From Dehalococcoidia bacterium (GTDB lineage: Bacteria; Chloroflexota; Dehalococcoidia; Plut-88900): a stretch of DNA of 64,000 nt. The stretch is taken from assembly GCA_965207225.1 (NCBI GenBank), contig CBDBLV010000004.1:160001-224000 (forward strand), read 5' to 3'. The notes beneath the pieces are model-generated. The model saw nothing but the letters and a program-made list of their open reading frames with translations, was not told where the DNA came from and searched no databases. The translations under genes and the position numbers were made by a program. Below are positions 56,572 through 64,000 of this stretch, piece by piece (position 1 is the stretch's first letter; each line of letters begins with the position of its first letter).

Positions 56572-58821
56572 TTGCCAGTTAGCCGAAGACAATTCCTGAA
56601 GATTGCCGGAATCTCGTCCCTGGGAGCGGTTATCTTCAAAGCGTGCGGATTCGACGCCGAAGAGAACCTAGTCGAAAGCCCAGTAAACCTTCCCGAGGAC
56701 CTAGTCCTTGGCACCGACAACTGGTACGCCAGCACCTGCAGGCAGTGCCCTGCCGGTTGCGGCAACATAGTCAGGGTACTGGAGGGTCGGGCGAAGAAGA
56801 TTGAAGGCAATCCCAACCACCCGTTGAGCCGGGGCAAGCTATGTGTTCGGGGCCAGGCAGGCGTGCAGGCCCTATACCATCCCGACAGAATTGCCGGACC
56901 GTTGCGCCGATCGGGACCTCGAGGTTCCGGCCAATATCAATCTGTAACCTGGGAGACCGCCGAAGCGGACCTGGTGCAAAGGCTGCAGGGCGCGCAGGCC
57001 TCCCGGGTGGTGCTGGCGACCGATCCGCTGAGGGGTCGGCTGGGGATGGTCACCAAGCAGTTTGTGGAAGCCTTGGGCATCCGGCATGCCTCCTTTGAGG
57101 CCATGGAACGATCAACGAACCTCAAGGCCGCCATGCGCCAACTCTTTGGACAGGAGCAGCTGCCGGAGTTCGACCTGGAGAACACGACCTTCCTGCTCGG
57201 ATTCGGGGCCGACATCCTCGAGACCTGGCTTTCCACCGTCCGCTACAACCGCGGCTACGGTGAGTTTCGACAGGGAGACCACCGGGACCGCGGCACTTTC
57301 GTCCACGTCGACAGCCGGTTCTCCATGACCGCCGCGAACGCCGACAAATGGGTGCCGGTCAAGCCAGGCATGGAGGGCATACTGGCCCTGAGCATGGCTT
57401 ACGTCATCATTCGGGAGGAGCTCGGCGACAAGGATGCCGCTGATGCCATGACCGAGGGGCAAGGCTTTGAGGCCCTTGCCGCTTTTGCCCCGAACATCGT
57501 AGAAGACATGACCGGCGTCTCCGAGAATGACACTATCTACCTGGCTCGACGATTCGCCCACGAGCAGCCTAGCCTGGCTGTCGGAGGGAGCTCCGCCGGG
57601 GCCCACACCAACGGCCTGTTCAACCTAGCGGCCATATACTCACTGAACGTGCTGGTGGGCAACGTTGGCAAAGAGGGCGGCCTCCACTTCAACCCCGCTC
57701 CTCTTTCTCCGGGCGCCGGCGGGTCCTTGCCCCAGTCCAGCTTCAGAGACTGGCAGAACATCGCCGGTGACATGGGCAACGTAGAAGTCCTGATGGTCAG
57801 GAACGCAGACCCGGTGCACGGCCTACCAGAAGACCTCAGATTCCAGGAATCACTGGCCAACGTCCCTTACGTAGTCAGTTTCTCCAGCTTCATGGACGAC
57901 ACCACTGCCCAGGCAGACCTGATTCTCCCTGAAAGCACCTACCTCGAGACCTGGGGCGACGACGTTCCTGACCCGGGCCCCGGGTATGAAATGGTCACTT
58001 TCCAGCAGCCGGTTGTGGCGCCCTTCCAGGACACCCGGTCATTCGGAGACACGCTTATTGCCATCGCCGGCCGGATGGGCGGAACAGCGGCGACTGCATT
58101 GCCCTGGGCCAGCTTCAAGGAAGCGGTTCAGGAAGGAGCCAGAGAGCTGTTTGCACGCGGGCGGGGGAACCTGACAGTAGAGGGAAGCTTCGAAGCATTC
58201 TGGAGCGGCCTGCTCCAACGAGGCGTCTGGTATGACCAGGGGTCCAGGCCCAGCATCTCCGTCGAGCCCAAGCCCCTTCCCTCGGAGATCAATTTACCGG
58301 TATTTCAAAACGCCCCCCTCGAGGAGGGTATGAACCTCATCGTGTATCAAACCAACTCTATGCTTGATGGTCGGCTGGCCCACCTGCCGTGGCTCCAGGC
58401 CACGCCCGACCCATTGACCACCGTCGTATGGGATACGTGGGTGGATATAAGCCGCCAGGACGCCGAGAGGCTGGAACTGAAGAGCAACGACATCGTGGAA
58501 ATCAGGTCTCAGTACGGCGCGATCGAAGCTCCTGTTTATGTAAATAGGGGAACGCCGCCTGGAATCGTGAGTGTGCCTGCATCACAGGGATATTCGGCCT
58601 ACGGGCGTTATGCCGAGAATCGTGGCACTAACGTTATGTCGATTCTTGCACCCCTTACCGACCCCAATACGGGGGCGCTGGCGTACAACGCGACCAGGGT
58701 GAAAGTCACAAAGACGGACAGAAGGCGAACGCTGCCCAAGTTCGAGGGGGTAGTCGAAGCACTGCCCGCCCCGACCGTCGAGCTCATACAGATTGCTAAT
58801 GGAAAGGGCGACGCCCACTAG
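56572..58821 (+). CDS. Molybdopterin oxidoreductase-like Tat subunit (ActB1/QrcB-like)
   Basis: SRRQFLK Tat signal with probable lipoprotein Cys, STCRQCPAGC, GKLCVRGQA, YHPDR. Confidence 0.88.
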   Translation: MPVSRRQFLKIAGISSLGAVIFKACGFDAEENLVESPVNLPEDLVLGTDNWYASTCRQCPAGCGNIVRVLEGRAKKIEGNPNHPLSRGKLCVRGQAGVQALYHPDRIAGPLRRSGPRGSGQYQSVTWETAEADLVQRLQGAQASRVVLATDPLRGRLGMVTKQFVEALGIRHASFEAMERSTNLKAAMRQLFGQEQLPEFDLENTTFLLGFGADILETWLSTVRYNRGYGEFRQGDHRDRGTFVHVDSRFSMTAANADKWVPVKPGMEGILALSMAYVIIREELGDKDAADAMTEGQGFEALAAFAPNIVEDMTGVSENDTIYLARRFAHEQPSLAVGGSSAGAHTNGLFNLAAIYSLNVLVGNVGKEGGLHFNPAPLSPGAGGSLPQSSFRDWQNIAGDMGNVEVLMVRNADPVHGLPEDLRFQESLANVPYVVSFSSFMDDTTAQADLILPESTYLETWGDDVPDPGPGYEMVTFQQPVVAPFQDTRSFGDTLIAIAGRMGGTAATALPWASFKEAVQEGARELFARGRGNLTVEGSFEAFWSGLLQRGVWYDQGSRPSISVEPKPLPSEINLPVFQNAPLEEGMNLIVYQTNSMLDGRLAHLPWLQATPDPLTTVVWDTWVDISRQDAERLELKSNDIVEIRSQYGAIEAPVYVNRGTPPGIVSVPASQGYSAYGRYAENRGTNVMSILAPLTDPNTGALAYNATRVKVTKTDRRRTLPKFEGVVEALPAPTVELIQIANGKGDAH

Positions 58822-58841
58822 TCGGGCCCGGGAGGTAATTC

Positions 58842-59549
58842 TTGGCTGACCAGAACAAGTTCAAGTGGGGAATGGTAATAGACATCGATCGGTGCACAGG
58901 CTGTGAGGCCTGCGTGGTTGCCTGTCAGGCCGAGAACAACATCCCCCTTAACGAAGAGGACAGGTTCCACGAGGGCAGGGCCATTGAATGGATCCGCATA
59001 GAGAGGTACTGGGAGGGCGAATACCCGAACGTCAAGGCCAGATTTCTCCCGGTCCTGTGCCAGCACTGCGAAAACGCTCCGTGCGAACCCGTCTGTCCGG
59101 TCTACGCGACCTACCACAACAACCAGGGCATGAACGTGCAGGTGTACAACAGGTGTGTCGGGACCCGGTATTGCGCCAACAACGACCCATACCAGGTGCG
59201 GTTCTTCAACTTCTGGGAGCCGGAGTGGCCCGAGTCGTTGGAAAACCAGCTCAACCCCGACGTCACGGTACGCACACGGGGGCTGATGGAGAAGTGTTCC
59301 TTCTGCATCCAGCGCATCCGCCGCACCGAGCGAGACCTGAAGAACGAAGGAAGAGACCTGAGAGACGGCGAGTTGCAACCGGCCTGCGCCCAGACCTGCC
59401 CCACCGACGCCCTAGTGTTTGGCAACATGAAGGACCCGAACAGTCGGGCGGCGAAGCTGGCAAAAAGTGACAGGCACTACAAGCTACTGGAAACCCTGGG
59501 CGCGGAGCCCAACGTCGTATACCTGAAGAAAGTCGAGCGCGATGGCTAA
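58842..59549 (+). CDS. Iron-sulfur subunit (ActB2/QrcC, DmsB/NrfC family)
   Basis: CTGCEACVVAC, CQHCENAPCEPVCP, MEKCSFC, PACAQTCP; LNPDVTVRTRG. Confidence 0.92.
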   Translation: MADQNKFKWGMVIDIDRCTGCEACVVACQAENNIPLNEEDRFHEGRAIEWIRIERYWEGEYPNVKARFLPVLCQHCENAPCEPVCPVYATYHNNQGMNVQVYNRCVGTRYCANNDPYQVRFFNFWEPEWPESLENQLNPDVTVRTRGLMEKCSFCIQRIRRTERDLKNEGRDLRDGELQPACAQTCPTDALVFGNMKDPNSRAAKLAKSDRHYKLLETLGAEPNVVYLKKVERDG

Positions 59550-60981
59550 CGCGGAACACGAAGAACTCCACTCATTAGTGGAGATTCCCCGGCGGACGCC
59601 TCAGCAGGTCAACGAGGACGTCCTGTCCCAGACTTACGCTGCCGGGCCGCGGTTCAAGAAGGCCACCTTCATCTTCGGGGTGTTGGTGGTGGTGGGCGTA
59701 ATCGGCTTCATCATCAAAGCCATGGACGGCTTCGACGACCGCAAGGACTGGGGATACTACGCCGCCATCTTCGCATTCCTGTACACGACGTGCCAGAGCG
59801 CACTCCTGGTATCCATCACAATGCGGCTGGCCAGGACACACTGGCGAAGGCCGCTGGCACGGGTGTCGGAGCTGTTCGCCATAGTCGGCGTGTTCAACCT
59901 GATTATCTTCCTGCCGCTGCTCTGGACCATACCGGAAGCCGAGGGTAGGCAGTCGATCTGGTTTGAATGGCCCTGGGGAGCCCCCAGGCTTCTCGACGCC
60001 CTGGCCATGATATTCCTGACAGTAAATGGACTTGCCCTTCTCTGGGCTTCCTCCATTCCCGACTTGGCGCTGTACGGTCGCAAGTACGGGGGTTTTCGCG
60101 GTGCGATGGCCCGACTCCTCTCCACGGGTTGGAAGGGCACGCCCCGCCAGTGGAACATCCTCAAGGCCGGCCAGGTTGCGCTCGGGACCTTTTACTGGAT
60201 CTTCCTGATAGGCGTCGTATTCATCATTTCCTCCGATTTTTCGATGTCCCTGGTCCCGGGCTGGCTTGACGCAATCTACCCGGCCTTCCAGGCCCTCACC
60301 TGTCTCCAGGCGGGGGTCGCGACTACGATGGTGGCCCTCTACCTCGTGCGCCGCATCGGAGGCCACGAGAACTACATCTACATGGAAGCGTTCTGGGCGC
60401 TGAGCAAGCTCCTCATCGCCTTCACCATGCTTTGGATCTACTTCTGGTTTGCCGGATTCATCACCTTCTGGTATGGACGCAAGCCGGTGGAAGAGAACGT
60501 ACTCCAGTTGATAATGATCGGCCCTTACCGGGTTGCCTTCTACCTGGCGGTGTTCCTGAGCTTCGTGGTTCCCTTCCTGATCCTGATGTGGAACTGGGTG
60601 CGCCGTACCCCCGCAGGCCCGACCATCGCATCGGCGGTGATAATCTGCGGCGTCTTTTTCGACAAGCTGCGGCTTTACGTCGGGTCCTACTCTTTCACCA
60701 ACGAGGAACTCGAGGCCGCCCTGCACCACAACTCGGAATTCGTGAACACGACTTTCGCGGCCACGGGCCCCAACATACCCCACTTCTTCCAGACCAACTG
60801 GCCCGACTTCACCGACATAATGGTCATCATTGGGGGCCTGGCCGTTCCGTTCTTCGCCTACCTTATAGCCACCAAGCTCCTCCCGGTCATATCCATCTGG
60901 GAGACCAAGGAAGGCTACCTGCTGAGTTCGGTGAAGACCATCCTGAAACGAAGATACCTGGTACTAGCCAAGCCCGAGTAA
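59542..60981 (+). CDS. NrfD-family membrane subunit, ActF-like
   Basis: About 10 TM; WRRPLARVSE, W..AIYP, LWIYFWFA.F..WYG; degenerate paralog of the next gene. Confidence 0.75.
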   Translation: MANAEHEELHSLVEIPRRTPQQVNEDVLSQTYAAGPRFKKATFIFGVLVVVGVIGFIIKAMDGFDDRKDWGYYAAIFAFLYTTCQSALLVSITMRLARTHWRRPLARVSELFAIVGVFNLIIFLPLLWTIPEAEGRQSIWFEWPWGAPRLLDALAMIFLTVNGLALLWASSIPDLALYGRKYGGFRGAMARLLSTGWKGTPRQWNILKAGQVALGTFYWIFLIGVVFIISSDFSMSLVPGWLDAIYPAFQALTCLQAGVATTMVALYLVRRIGGHENYIYMEAFWALSKLLIAFTMLWIYFWFAGFITFWYGRKPVEENVLQLIMIGPYRVAFYLAVFLSFVVPFLILMWNWVRRTPAGPTIASAVIICGVFFDKLRLYVGSYSFTNEELEAALHHNSEFVNTTFAATGPNIPHFFQTNWPDFTDIMVIIGGLAVPFFAYLIATKLLPVISIWETKEGYLLSSVKTILKRRYLVLAKPE

Positions 60982-61002
60982 AGAGGCTAGCGGAGACCCT
61001 TA

Positions 61003-62379
61003 ATGCAAGAACGAGTCCCGGTTCCCGATTCCGAAATAAATCGAGAACTCCTCAGCGGGGTGGAGACCCATCCCAAGTGGTTCTTCCTCACGGTCGCCAT
61101 CCTGGCCCTCATCGTGGCCACCGCGGGCGGTGCCTTGGGGTGGATGATCAACCAGGGGCTTGGGGTCACGGGCCTGAACAGACCGGTGATGTGGGGATTC
61201 TTCATAGCCAACTTTGTGTTCTGGGTCGGGATCAGTCACGCGGGGGTGATGATTTCGTCGATCTTGAGGCTCAGCCAGGCCGAGTGGCGCAGGCCCGTCA
61301 CCCGAGCCGCAGAGGTCCTGACCATCTTCTCGCTGATGACAGCAGCACTCTTCCCCTTGATGCACGCAGGTCGGCCCTGGCGAATAGCCTACTGGATTTT
61401 CCCCTACGACTTCGCCCGCGGCATCTGGCCCAATGTCCGATCTCCCCTGGTATGGGACCCAGCAGCCATATTTACCTATCTAACCGGAGCCACCCTGTTC
61501 GTGTTCATCGCGCTGATACCGGACCTGGCCGTGATGCGGGACCGGAGCACGGGCGTAAGAAAGCAGATATACGGGTTCCTGTCCCTCGGGTTCCGGGGGA
61601 CGCCCCGACAGTGGAGGCTGCAGGCTATTGCGGGAATCCTGCTGTCGGCGCTGATATTGCCGGTATTCGTCTCCGTTCACAGCATAGTGTCCTGGGACTT
61701 CGGGATGGCCATATCGGTGGCGAGCTGGCACACGACGGTCATGGCGCCATACTTCGTTATCGGGGCGGTGCATTCCGGGGTGTCGGCGGTGGTGACGATG
61801 ATGGCCCTGCTGCGCTGGGTCTTCAAATGGGACAACTACATACGTCCCGAGCACTTCGACGGGCTAGCGCGCCTGCTGGTGGTGGTCGGGACTGCGTGGT
61901 TCTACTTCTTCATCCTGGAGTTCCTGTTCGGCCTGTACAGCCAAGAATCGTCAGAAGTAACGCTGAGGAACATGCTGCTCTACGAATGGCCGTGGAACTT
62001 CATGTTCATCGTATTCCTGTTAACATCGTACTTCATACCCATACCCATGTGGTTGTTCAGGGGAGTCAGGCGCAACATCATGCTGATGTTCCTGACATCG
62101 ATACTGGTAAACATAGGTATGTGGCTGGAGAGGTTCCTGATAATCATCCCGGGCCTCATGCGGAAGCAGGAATTCACGTTCGTATGGGCCAACTACAGGC
62201 CGAGCGTGGTTGAGATATTGCTGGTAGTCGGGTCCTTTGCATTCGTTGCCATGATGGTGCTGCTGTTCTCCAAGGTCTTCCCACTGATCCCACTGTTCGA
62301 CCAGAAAGAAGGCAAGGTCCTGGAGGCTACAACTAAAATTGGCAGGCGTGACGTTCCGTCCATCGTCCGAGAAGAGTAA
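61003..62379 (+). CDS. actC: NrfD/PsrC-family quinol-interacting subunit ActC
   Basis: GLGVTGLNRPVMWG, NFVFWVGISHAG, HAGRPW, SPLVWD, SVHSIVSWDF, GMWLERF. Confidence 0.92.
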   Translation: MQERVPVPDSEINRELLSGVETHPKWFFLTVAILALIVATAGGALGWMINQGLGVTGLNRPVMWGFFIANFVFWVGISHAGVMISSILRLSQAEWRRPVTRAAEVLTIFSLMTAALFPLMHAGRPWRIAYWIFPYDFARGIWPNVRSPLVWDPAAIFTYLTGATLFVFIALIPDLAVMRDRSTGVRKQIYGFLSLGFRGTPRQWRLQAIAGILLSALILPVFVSVHSIVSWDFGMAISVASWHTTVMAPYFVIGAVHSGVSAVVTMMALLRWVFKWDNYIRPEHFDGLARLLVVVGTAWFYFFILEFLFGLYSQESSEVTLRNMLLYEWPWNFMFIVFLLTSYFIPIPMWLFRGVRRNIMLMFLTSILVNIGMWLERFLIIIPGLMRKQEFTFVWANYRPSVVEILLVVGSFAFVAMMVLLFSKVFPLIPLFDQKEGKVLEATTKIGRRDVPSIVREE

Positions 62380-62388
62380 GGTGAAGCC

Positions 62389-62922
62389 ATGACCACATTC
62401 GTACCAAAAAAGAGCGTGCTCGGGGTCTTCCCCGACGCCGATAAAGCGGCCGACGCCGTAGAGGGCCTGCAGTCGAACTCATTTGACGACAAAGAGTTCG
62501 AGATAATGTCCGGGACTCCGTACCCGGAAGGGGCGTTCGGCGAGAAGAAGTCTTCTCACAGGCTGTACGTCTTCCCATTCATCGGTGCGGCCATCGGATT
62601 CACCGTGGCAATCCTTCTTACGACAGCCACCCAGGTCTCCTACCCCATGGTCACGGGCGGGAAGCCCATTCTGTCCATTCCACCGATGGCGATCATCACC
62701 TATGAAGGCACGATGCTGGGGGCGATCATCTTCACGGTGCTGGGGATCATATTCGAGTCCCGCCTCCCAAGAACGAAGATCGGCCTTTATGACGAGCGAA
62801 TCATGGAAGGTTATGTGGGCGTCCTAGTAACCGCCGAGGAGGACCGCATCCCCGTCGCCCAGAACGTACTCAAGGAGGCAGGGGCAGAGTCGATCAAGGA
62901 AGGCGAACCGGTCGGAGTCTGA
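62389..62922 (+). CDS. actD: ActD (DUF3341) subunit
   Basis: YPMVTGGKP, IITYEGTML; two TM helices. Confidence 0.88.
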   Translation: MTTFVPKKSVLGVFPDADKAADAVEGLQSNSFDDKEFEIMSGTPYPEGAFGEKKSSHRLYVFPFIGAAIGFTVAILLTTATQVSYPMVTGGKPILSIPPMAIITYEGTMLGAIIFTVLGIIFESRLPRTKIGLYDERIMEGYVGVLVTAEEDRIPVAQNVLKEAGAESIKEGEPVGV

Positions 62923-62948
62923 CGAGAGGTAGCACCGACTGAAGCACG

Positions 62949-63989
62949 ATGGAATTCCACGTTGGCATGGGAAGAAGTGAGACGATCCACGAGATCGGGC
63001 GGCTGGCGCGCATTGCCGAGGACTCGGGGTTCACGCACATTAACTTCCCTGATCAACCACCACTGAACCGAGACGTATTCCTGAACATGGCCATGGCAGC
63101 CCAGAGCACAACCAAGATAATGATGGGGCCCGGTATCGTCACGCCCTATACATATCATCCAGCGGTAATCGCCAACTCAACTGCTACGGTTGACGAGTTG
63201 TCCGGGGGCAGGGCATTTGTCGGGATTGGGGCCGGGGGAAGCGCAGTTATGAGCATGGGCCTAAAGCCGAGGCCCATGGCTGAACTCCGTGAAGCGGCTC
63301 TGTTCATCAAGAAATTTATGGCGGGCGAAGAGGCAACGTTCAAAGGTGGAAAGACCCACTCCGAGTGGATCCGGCGCTCGGTGCCCATGTATATCGCCGT
63401 GGATGGTCCGAGAGGACATGAGATCGCCGGGGAATTCGCTGATGGCGTGTATGTCCAGAGCGTGCACCCGGAGGTGTTTGAGTGGCGAAAGTCTCTTATT
63501 GAGCGGTCTGCCGTGAAAGTGGGTCGGGACCCGTCCAAGATAAAGATAGTCCCCTCCACCATCGTATACATCACAGACGACAGGGAACGGGCCCGCCGCG
63601 AGGTTGCGCCCCAGGTAGCCTCCAAGCTCAGACGTGCCTTTCCCATGTGGAGAAGCAAACACCCTGACATGGTCGCTCTCAGAGAGCGTCTCAATGAAAA
63701 GGACCCCGGGCTAGTCGATGAGTTGATCCAGGTGGGCGACCGGATAAACGAGGTCTTCGACGAGCACCAGCACGAAAAGGTCGACTCCCCCCAGGCAGAG
63801 CCCGTGACATGGCGGCTCATCGACTATTACTTGCTCGTCGGAACTGAGGACGAGGTGTGCGGTCGAATAGAGGAACTGAAGAGTCGGGGATTGGGGGGTC
63901 TGATGCCGCTCATCTACACGATTGAAGACAAAAAGGCGATGATGCAAGACATCGGTGCCAAGATTATTTCTCGATTCGGGAGCAACTGA
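62949..63989 (+). CDS. LLM class (possibly F420-dependent) oxidoreductase
   Basis: AEDSGF, HPAVIANSTATVDELSGGR, GPR. Confidence 0.85.
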   Translation: MEFHVGMGRSETIHEIGRLARIAEDSGFTHINFPDQPPLNRDVFLNMAMAAQSTTKIMMGPGIVTPYTYHPAVIANSTATVDELSGGRAFVGIGAGGSAVMSMGLKPRPMAELREAALFIKKFMAGEEATFKGGKTHSEWIRRSVPMYIAVDGPRGHEIAGEFADGVYVQSVHPEVFEWRKSLIERSAVKVGRDPSKIKIVPSTIVYITDDRERARREVAPQVASKLRRAFPMWRSKHPDMVALRERLNEKDPGLVDELIQVGDRINEVFDEHQHEKVDSPQAEPVTWRLIDYYLLVGTEDEVCGRIEELKSRGLGGLMPLIYTIEDKKAMMQDIGAKIISRFGSN

Positions 63990-64000
63990 GCAACCAAGCA

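Noticed and set aside
60432-62213. 593-aa alternative-frame ORF across the actF-like gene and actC
   Set aside because: Arg/Gly/Pro-rich off-frame reading overlapping two well-supported genes
1-64000. tRNA, rRNA, SRP RNA or transposase genes
   Set aside because: None recognised by eye, including near ffh; a covariance-model scan would be needed to exclude small RNAs

Overview
GC-rich bacterial chromosomal segment. Gene content (luciferase-like monooxygenases, F420-type PPOX protein, amidohydrolase, SDR and GMC paralogs, alternative complex III, hspR-grpE-dnaK) suggests Chloroflexota, probably Dehalococcoidia/SAR202-like; this is an inference. Core genes are dgt-dnaG-rpoD, lysA-holB, ffh, hspR-grpE-dnaK and an ftsZ copy. 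Accessory blocks are three tandem GMC oxidoreductases, four tandem ABC solute-binding lipoproteins with a fused permease, a BrnT/BrnA pair, a lipid operon (fatty acyl-CoA reductase/acyltransferase fusion, HAD, Zn dehydrogenase, LarA-like DUF2088, DAG kinase) and a rearranged alternative complex III operon. The strongest non-coding signal is an intergenic repeat present in 4 copies. Each has conserved flanks around a perfect 18-bp hairpin whose inner stem sequence differs in every copy. Two copies lie in a ~260-bp duplication of the dnaK 3' end. No rRNA, tRNA, CRISPR array, integrase or transposase was recognised. All calls are from motif reading by eye; no database searches were run.
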